Assembly: GCA_964445525.1 (NCBI GenBank)
Contig: CAYULA010000003.1
Span: 21,921-85,920 of the forward strand
DNA from: an uncultured Thermoplasmatales archaeon
Lineage (GTDB): Archaea > Thermoplasmatota > Penumbrarchaeia > Penumbrarchaeales > Penumbrarchaeaceae
Direction of reading: 5' to 3'
Length of the DNA: 64,000 nucleotides
In this document: piece by piece, positions 58,462-64,000 of the stretch
Layout: every line of letters starts with the position of its first letter
Position numbering within the stretch: position 1 is the first letter of the stretch
Notes under the pieces: generated by a model
Databases searched by the model: none
The model's input: only the letters and a program-made list of their open reading frames with translations
What the model was told of the DNA's origin: nothing
Program-made: the position numbers and the translations under genes

Positions 58462-58595
58462 ATTTTCTCATTTACGGGGGAATTTCGAGGTTTATCAGGA
58501 CAAATTCATTGTTCTTCCCTCATTCAGGTCCATATGGGATTATATCAAAGAATTGAAATGGATAATTGAATGGCCGTCAGTGGTTAGTGGAATCA

Positions 58596-58898
58596 CTAAT
58601 CATCGAAAACAAGGGTTTTCTTGCCTTTCTGAAGATAATCAAGCCCCAGTATAACTTCCTCATCGCTTTCATCATCCAGTGGAGCATCGTCCATGATAAC
58701 CTCGTCAAGTTCTATGAAATCATCATCGTCCTCCGCTCTGATTCCCACTTCGACTATTGGACTCAATCTCCTGTCACCATCTGAAGCGATCCAGGCTCTT
58801 TCGTATATTATTTCCTCGATCTCAAGATTCTTTACAATTGATGTTCCGATTATGGAGAGATCTGCCCCCGTATCAATAAAGGCCAGGATATTATCCAC
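58596..58898 (-). CDS. retropepsin-like (clan AA) aspartic protease, single-domain
   Basis: AFIDTGADLSIIG (D-T-G active-site loop) and C-terminal ILGLDYL, which are the two hallmarks of homodimeric retropepsin-type proteases. An acidic insertion EDDDDFIELDEVIMDDAPLDDESDEE lies between them. Confidence 0.7.
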   Translation of the reverse strand: MDNILAFIDTGADLSIIGTSIVKNLEIEEIIYERAWIASDGDRRLSPIVEVGIRAEDDDDFIELDEVIMDDAPLDDESDEEVILGLDYLQKGKKTLVFDD

Positions 58899-58950
58899 AG
58901 TTTTATTATTGTAACAAACTGAAACTCGGGTATATTTTCTTCACAATTTA

Positions 58951-59142
58951 TCAATTCGCAAGGACCTTGTCAATTTTTCTTCTAAGATCGTGGTCCTGAA
59001 TGTCACCTTCGATGGTGATATGGTCGCCTTCGATTATGATCCTGTAATCAGGTCCCAGGAGATTTCTGATCTCCTTTACCTTTTTCGAGATATCCTTGTT
59101 GGATACCTTCGCACTGACCCCTCTTAATCTCAATGAAGGCAT
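58951..59142 (-). CDS. hypothetical small protein (63 aa) upstream of the retropepsin-like gene
   Basis: TATA-like TTTAATTATA about 40 nt upstream and AGGTGATG just upstream of the ATG. Basic N-terminus. No family recognised. Confidence 0.5.
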   Translation of the reverse strand: MPSLRLRGVSAKVSNKDISKKVKEIRNLLGPDYRIIIEGDHITIEGDIQDHDLRRKIDKVLAN

Positions 59143-59248
59143 TTCATCACCTGATGTTCATCCATTTTGGGTATAATTAAAGTTTCCTGAATGATATTTG
59201 GCATGAATGGTCCCCGGATACCTACCTAGGCCATTTTTAATTCCAGTA

Positions 59249-59368
59249 ATGGTGGAAGTTTTCTCCTGCAGGAAGGTGTTTGTTACAAGAGAGAAGCTTG
59301 AAGATGATGAGATCGAGGTACTGGGTCCTGAAGATATTGTAGAGGCGGCAAGAACAGGGATTGTTTAA
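59249..59368 (+). pseudogene. 3'-terminal fragment of a paralogous Arch_ATPase/DUF234 gene
   Basis: Encodes (M)VEVFSCRKVFVTREKLEDDEIEVLGPEDIVEAARTGIV*, versus the end of 57232..58461 ...DFSCRKVFVAREKLEDEEIEILGPEDIVEAAMAGTLIKKK*. Only the last ~35 codons are present. Confidence 0.6.
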
Positions 59369-59377
59369 AACAAAGAA

Positions 59378-59499
59378 AACAAAAGATTTTTATGGCCAGG
59401 ACCTGATATTCGAGATATCGGAGGTCAAATATGAGAGGAGTCAGAGTCCTTGTATTTTCATCGATATTCTTACTTCTACTTTCCTCCATCCTGGTCCTC
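59378..59499 (+). repeat. copy 1 of a 122-bp direct repeat (5' leader + RBS + signal-peptide codons)
   Basis: Aligns with 61404-61525 with 4 mismatches by eye. Contains GGAGGT (59420-59425) and ATG 59431. Confidence 0.85.
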
Positions 59500-59807
59500 C
59501 CACCGAATTCGTTGAGATCACGATTCCGAAAGAAGAGGATCCCGATGGAAAACCCGATGGAAACGAAACGGCAAATGTTGAAGAGGAAGAATTCCCTGTC
59601 TGGATAATAGCAATATTAATTGGAGTTGTATTGATACTTATCATTACGGGTTTGGTATTTTTCCTGATGAGCAAGAAAAAGATAGAGAAGAATGATAATT
59701 CAGCAGAAAATGAATATGGTAATCCCAAAGATCCATTCGAATCTCGGGAATATGCATCAGTTGTTGAGAATAGTAATATATCCATGAATTATGAACCAGA
59801 AGATTGA
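59431..59807 (+). pseudogene. gutted, frame-disrupted surface-protein gene (signal peptide + C-terminal stalk/TM anchor only)
   Basis: From ATG 59431 the product is MRGVRVLVFSSIFLLLLSSILVL, then nonsense, with a stop at 59605-59607. A different frame (track ORF 59361..59807) encodes EDPDGKPDGNETANVEEEEFPVWIIAILIGVVLILIITGLVFFLMSKKK..., a typical stalk-TM-tail of the window's type-I surface proteins. Confidence 0.5.
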
Positions 59808-59814
59808 TCTGGTA

Positions 59815-61323
59815 TTAATCACCCAATAACACCTTCCAATAACCTCCTCTGGCTGGACCCACTCTCTTGATAATTCCATTCTTCTTGAGCAATTGAATAT
59901 TATAATCTACTGACTTTTTCCCCAATCCGGTCTTATTTTGTATCTCTTTTTTACTAATTCCTGGTTCTTTCATCATTAGCTCAAGGATTTTTTTCTGTTT
60001 TTCAGTAATTAGAGTTTCTTTGTAGAAGCTCCCCTTTTCTACCCCCTTTTCTACCCCCTTTTCTACCCCCTTTTCTACCCCCTTTTCTACCCCACTTATT
60101 CTGAATTTTTCATTTGCTTGATTCAAAGGAAATGTAATTTTAAAGAAATCAAACCCTCCCATTATTACCGGTTCGATATGATAACGAGAATTCCAACCTT
60201 CCATCATTTTATGGAAACCACTACCAATATTCTCTGCCAGTTTAACGTACCTGAATATTTTGGTTATAGTTGGATTTCTGGGTAATGAAATATCCTCTTT
60301 TATAATATCTTCAATATTTTTTGGCAGTGGTCCTGGATTGAAGAACTCTATTCGATCCGAGAATACCCTCACCCTGGAATTCATCTTGCTGAAATAATCC
60401 GAATGGATCAGAAGATTTACAAGAGCTTCCCTGATTGCCTGTACTTGTGGGGGATCATCATCTCTGATTCCACTAACCATTGAAAATGGTATCTCTATCT
60501 TCTTCAATAAACGATCATAAATATCAAAAAAAGTAGAAAATAGATTTTGATCACTTGATAGTCTGTATGTATAACGGGTTGGTCCATCTTCATAAGTAGT
60601 CCCAGGGATTTCAAGATACTCTATTCTGTAATTCGCCAATGTATTAGCGATAACATCGTTTCTACCAAAAACAAGTAATCCAGCATAAGTTACCTTGTCA
60701 TTTCTAAGAACTCCTATCTTCTGGAGGAATTCCTCGTTATTCAGGGTAACAAATCTATGACCTGGGTTGATGCTTAAAAACAAGTTTCTATACCTTTCGA
60801 TCGTGTCCTTATCAAGATCTTCAATGGTGTGATCAACACATTCAGAATCTTTATTCGTTATTGATGATTCTCTGAAAAAAGAATCAACCTCTTCGGGAGT
60901 TGCTCTTTGATCTCCACTTGCAGTTCTAATGAATGTATTCTTCAATGAATTGAAATAGACTGGACGATCTCTGGTGGAGGATTTTGAGATATAAAACGCA
61001 AGAATTGATCTTCCTTCCATTTCATACTTTTTTGAGATAACCTTGATTATCTTATTGAACTTGGATCCATTTCGCAATGTAGTGGTGAAATTCTGCTCGA
61101 TCCTTTCGGGATCCGAGACACCAATGACCTTGTATGACTTACCCTTTTTACTAATTCCGAATATCAACCAACCTCCCGAAGTATTGGAGAATGCTGATAC
61201 TGTTTCCCATGAGCTCTTGGGGATTTCATTTTTTGCTTCCTTTACTTCGAAATCTTCCCATTCAATATCCTCAAGTCTTCGTATCAATTCTTCCCTTTTC
61301 ATCGATATTGCTCCAAGTTTCAT
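59815..61323 (-). CDS. AlbA_2 (Schlafen-type) + HATPase_c_4 + winged-HTH protein (often annotated RecG-like / transcriptional regulator)
   Basis: The N-terminus EDIEWEDFEVKEAKNEIPKSSWETVSAFSNTSGGWLIFGI is the AlbA_2 pattern. REALVNLLIHSDYF is the HATPase_c_4 pattern. The C-terminus is KKILELMMKEPGISKKEIQNKTGLGKKSVDYNIQLLKKNGIIKRVG (wHTH). AT-rich. Confidence 0.8.
   Translation of the reverse strand: MKLGAISMKREELIRRLEDIEWEDFEVKEAKNEIPKSSWETVSAFSNTSGGWLIFGISKKGKSYKVIGVSDPERIEQNFTTTLRNGSKFNKIIKVISKKYEMEGRSILAFYISKSSTRDRPVYFNSLKNTFIRTASGDQRATPEEVDSFFRESSITNKDSECVDHTIEDLDKDTIERYRNLFLSINPGHRFVTLNNEEFLQKIGVLRNDKVTYAGLLVFGRNDVIANTLANYRIEYLEIPGTTYEDGPTRYTYRLSSDQNLFSTFFDIYDRLLKKIEIPFSMVSGIRDDDPPQVQAIREALVNLLIHSDYFSKMNSRVRVFSDRIEFFNPGPLPKNIEDIIKEDISLPRNPTITKIFRYVKLAENIGSGFHKMMEGWNSRYHIEPVIMGGFDFFKITFPLNQANEKFRISGVEKGVEKGVEKGVEKGVEKGSFYKETLITEKQKKILELMMKEPGISKKEIQNKTGLGKKSVDYNIQLLKKNGIIKRVGPARGGYWKVLLGD
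60031..60093. repeat. 12-bp tandem repeat x5.25 (ccccttttctac) encoding (VEKG)5 on the minus strand
   Basis: Read directly from the sequence. It lies in the linker between the HATPase_c_4-like region and the wHTH of 59815..61323. Confidence 0.9.
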
Positions 61324-61403
61324 CGATACTGTTCTTCACAGTCCCTATCATTACCGGTAATTATCTAATTTACCATGATGTCAAAACCGCTAATAAGTAT
61401 CGG

Positions 61404-61525
61404 AACAAAAGATTTTTATGGCCAGGACCTGATATTCGAGATACCGGAGGTCAAATATGAGAGGAATCAGAGTCCTTGTTTTTTCATCGATATTATTACT
61501 TCTACTTTCCTCCATCCTGGTCCTC
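61404..61525 (+). repeat. copy 2 of the 122-bp direct repeat (5' leader + RBS + signal-peptide codons)
   Basis: See copy 1. GGAGGT at 61446-61451, ATG at 61457. Confidence 0.85.
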
Positions 61526-64000
61526 TCCTCCGGTGAAAAAGAACAAGATTTTGATATTTCTAAGGAAATGGAGGAGGAATCCATTCCTTCAGTTGTTGAG
61601 GTCCTCTCCGATTGTATTCAAAGTGAGGCCCCTTCCAGGAATTCGGAGGGAGCTCCGTGGCCAATGTTCAAACAGAATCCACAACATACAGGATTAAATT
61701 TCAATGCAATTAATAATAATCCTGGAAGGATAAAATGGAATAAAAAAATTTCATGGGGAAGTTATGATAGCTCGTGTGTTATTGATAGTTCAGGAAATAT
61801 ATTAATAGGAATGAGAAACAATCATTATACCACAAAACTTCATTCATTTTTTCCTAATGGAACAATAAATTGGATATTTGAAACCTATAAAACCAATGAA
61901 TATGGAAATAAAATCGATGGTGGTGTAATAAATCCTGCCTGTATAGATGATTTTGGCAACATTTATTTCGATTCTTTTGATGGTGAATTCTATTCATTGT
62001 ACGATAACGGTACTGTCCGTGCAAATTTTTCTTCAAATGATAGGTACTCGGGACCAACAATATATGAAAATAAAATATATACAGGGAATCAGAACGGTTT
62101 TTTATATATTTTTAATACTGATTTAGACTTGTTATTATGCAAATATATTAGTATGCCTATTTATTCCTCTTTGCCTGCTATTGGGAATAATGGTCAAATC
62201 TATATCGGCGGTTCATCTGATAAACTATATTCAATATATCCAAATGGAACAGAAAATTGGAATATAAGTATTTCTCCCGATTATTCTTCCTCTCCTTGCA
62301 TTGACAATGATGGAATAATTTATATTGGTTCTTCGTTACCATTTCTATATGCTGTTTATCCAAATGGGACTATAAAGTGGCGTTTCAATACAGGAAATTC
62401 TGTAAGCTCATCTCCGTCGATTGGAATTGATGGAGAAATAATTTTTGGATGCAGAGACGGATATGTATATTCTATATTTCCAAATGGCACACTAAAGTGG
62501 AAATTCTCTACCAAACAACCTATTTGGGAGTCATCTCCAGCAATTGATGGGAATGGCATAATTTATATCGGTTCCGATGATAATTATCTATATTCAATCT
62601 ATCCAAATGGTTCCTTAAAATGGCAGTTGAAATTGTCAGAAAAAATTGGAGATTCTCCAGCTATAGATAACAAAGGTAATGTTTATATAACCTCTTTTGA
62701 TGGATATTTATATTGCATTGGGGCTTTAAAACCAACTATTCCAATGAATAAAACATTGTTAAATGGCAATAATTATATTAATCTTTCATGGGACCTCCCC
62801 ATTGATGACGGAGGAGCCGAGATCCTCAATTTCAATGTATACAGGAATACCTCCGGGAACGATCCTGAATTATTTACAACGGTTCCTGCAAATGAATTGT
62901 TCTTCAACGATACCGATGTGATCAATGGAGTGGAATACTCCTACTGGATATCTGCCGTGAACCGGGAAGGAGAAAGCGAATTGGCTGGCCCTTTCAATGC
63001 AACTCCGAGAGGTCCTCCCTCCGCCCCCCGAAATGTTACCGTTTCAAGCGGACCTGCATATCTCAATATCTCTTGGGAAGGACCTCTTACCGATGGCGGA
63101 TATTCGATTGAAGGATTCAAGATATACAGAAAAGAAGCAGGTATATTCCTGCTTCATGGAGAGACAACCGATCTGTTCTACATCGATGATGTTGCCAATC
63201 CGGGAGTGAATTACAGTTACTATATCACTGCCTTCAACGAATACGGTGAGGGAGCTCCCACCAGTACTTTCTGGGGAGAATCTTTAGGTCCCCCGCCACC
63301 TCCACTACCCGTAACCATCGGACGATATGACAGTGAGGTCAGCCTCAACTGGTCCATGTCATTATTCTATTTACGGGAATATGACATCACTCATGTCAGG
63401 ATCTACCGGGACAGCTCTCTTCTTCAGGAGGTCCCTTTCGATGATGAATACTACAATGACACAGGTCTCGTCAACGGCGAGTTGTATTCGTATCGGGTTT
63501 CTTCCGTCAACTTGATCGGTGAAGGGGACCTCTCCGATGAGATCGAGGCGGTTCCCGGCTGGTCGCCTTCAACCCCCAGGAATATCTCAACCTGGGCCAA
63601 TACCACCATGGTTAAGATTTACTGGGATCCTCCCGAGTTCGAGAGAGGATTTCCCGTTGATATGTACATCGTCTACCGAAAAACTGACGATGGCAGGTGG
63701 ATCAATCTCATGAACGTTCCCTCCTCGAATGACCCTCACTGGAATGACACCTACGTGGAAAAGGGAGACACCTACGAATACAAGGTTGTCGCTTTGAATC
63801 AGAGAGGGATGTCTCCGGAAGCGGGTCCTGTTTCTGCAACGATTCCAATGGGGGATCCTCCAAATGCGCCCGAGGACCTCGAAGCCGTATTCGAAAATGA
63901 AGAGGTCCTCCTCACCTGGTCCTATGATGATTCGAATCCAAAAGTCGATTCGTATACGATAGTGAGGACCCTCGAAAACGGATCCGATATGATGGAATAC
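61457..64000 (+). CDS. giant surface protein: PQQ/BamB-like beta-propeller repeats followed by an array of fibronectin type III domains; 3' end outside the window
   Basis: Not in the ORF track because it is open at the window end. My hand translation from ATG 61457 gives 848 codons with no stop. Signal MRGIRVLVFSSILLLLLSSILVL. Repeated propeller blades (LYSIYPNGTENWN...SSSPCIDNDGIIYIGS; LYAVYPNGTIKWRF...SSPSIGIDGEIIFG; VYSIFPNGTLKWKF; LYSIYPNGSLKWQL...SPAIDNKGNVYI). At least five FN3 units follow (e.g. PSAPRNVTVSSGPAYLNISWEGPLTDGGYSIEGFKIYRK...YSYYITAFNEYGEG). Confidence 0.8.
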   Translation, partial: MRGIRVLVFSSILLLLLSSILVLSSGEKEQDFDISKEMEEESIPSVVEVLSDCIQSEAPSRNSEGAPWPMFKQNPQHTGLNFNAINNNPGRIKWNKKISWGSYDSSCVIDSSGNILIGMRNNHYTTKLHSFFPNGTINWIFETYKTNEYGNKIDGGVINPACIDDFGNIYFDSFDGEFYSLYDNGTVRANFSSNDRYSGPTIYENKIYTGNQNGFLYIFNTDLDLLLCKYISMPIYSSLPAIGNNGQIYIGGSSDKLYSIYPNGTENWNISISPDYSSSPCIDNDGIIYIGSSLPFLYAVYPNGTIKWRFNTGNSVSSSPSIGIDGEIIFGCRDGYVYSIFPNGTLKWKFSTKQPIWESSPAIDGNGIIYIGSDDNYLYSIYPNGSLKWQLKLSEKIGDSPAIDNKGNVYITSFDGYLYCIGALKPTIPMNKTLLNGNNYINLSWDLPIDDGGAEILNFNVYRNTSGNDPELFTTVPANELFFNDTDVINGVEYSYWISAVNREGESELAGPFNATPRGPPSAPRNVTVSSGPAYLNISWEGPLTDGGYSIEGFKIYRKEAGIFLLHGETTDLFYIDDVANPGVNYSYYITAFNEYGEGAPTSTFWGESLGPPPPPLPVTIGRYDSEVSLNWSMSLFYLREYDITHVRIYRDSSLLQEVPFDDEYYNDTGLVNGELYSYRVSSVNLIGEGDLSDEIEAVPGWSPSTPRNISTWANTTMVKIYWDPPEFERGFPVDMYIVYRKTDDGRWINLMNVPSSNDPHWNDTYVEKGDTYEYKVVALNQRGMSPEAGPVSATIPMGDPPNAPEDLEAVFENEEVLLTWSYDDSNPKVDSYTIVRTLENGSDMMEY

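Noticed and set aside
59283-59489. Paired 64-68-aa minus-strand ORFs (59283..59489 and 61390..61584) that look like a conserved small gene
   Set aside because: Their similarity is a by-product of lying antisense to the two copies of the 122-bp repeat. The plus-strand RBS + signal-peptide reading explains the conservation.
60031-60093. A CRISPR-like array (also considered for 27671..28985 and 35480..35680)
   Set aside because: The units are contiguous with no spacers (12-bp minisatellite), are protein-domain repeats (PKD), or are degenerate codon repeats (PPAN). No cas genes are in the window.

Overview
Archaeal chromosomal segment, roughly half G+C by eye, with two clearly AT-rich islands at about 25.5-29.3 kb and 59.5-62.8 kb. 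The archaeal call rests on Orc1/Cdc6, the proteasome alpha subunit, archaeal-type riboflavin synthase (RibC), RibL-type FAD synthetase, a DUF106 (YidC/Oxa1-like) homologue, a PGF-CTERM sorting signal, and TATA-like promoters with short or no leaders. Housekeeping content: purC, a riboflavin/FAD operon (ribB-ribL fusion, ribC, ribH), psmA, tRNA-His(GUG), a hydrogenase-maturation operon (hypB-hypF-hypC-hypA-hypD), a class-I flavoprotein disulfide reductase, an Ldh_2 dehydrogenase, a glycerophosphodiesterase, a TauE/SafE exporter and a 1070-aa multi-PAS/GAF histidine kinase. The dominant theme is very large secreted, C-terminally membrane-anchored proteins. Ten are intact and one is decayed, and together they cover about 25.6 kb (about 40% of the window). 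Domains include beta-helix, cadherin-like, PKD, BNR/sialidase-like, Big_5/CarboxypepD_reg and PQQ-like propeller + FN3, plus a clostripain-type C11 peptidase and an Ntn (C45-like) hydrolase. Two of them carry cytoplasmic zinc-ribbon tails. The most unusual locus is 58.3-61.6 kb. There, a duplicated ATPase 3' end and a 122-bp direct repeat (RBS + signal-peptide codons) bracket a retropepsin-like two-gene cassette, a gutted surface-protein pseudogene and an AlbA_2/Schlafen-type gene. This sits next to a compositionally chimeric propeller-FN3 gene. Other oddities: psmA with an (HhH)2 tail, a DjlA-like membrane J-protein, hypA with no start codon in front of its conserved HE motif (a G6 run lies at the hypC/hypA junction), an extended SDR with YxxxK replaced by FxxxM, and tandem palindromic operators upstream of an AAA ATPase. 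I saw no CRISPR array, cas genes, integrase or transposase. All domain calls come from motif recognition by eye, not from database searches.
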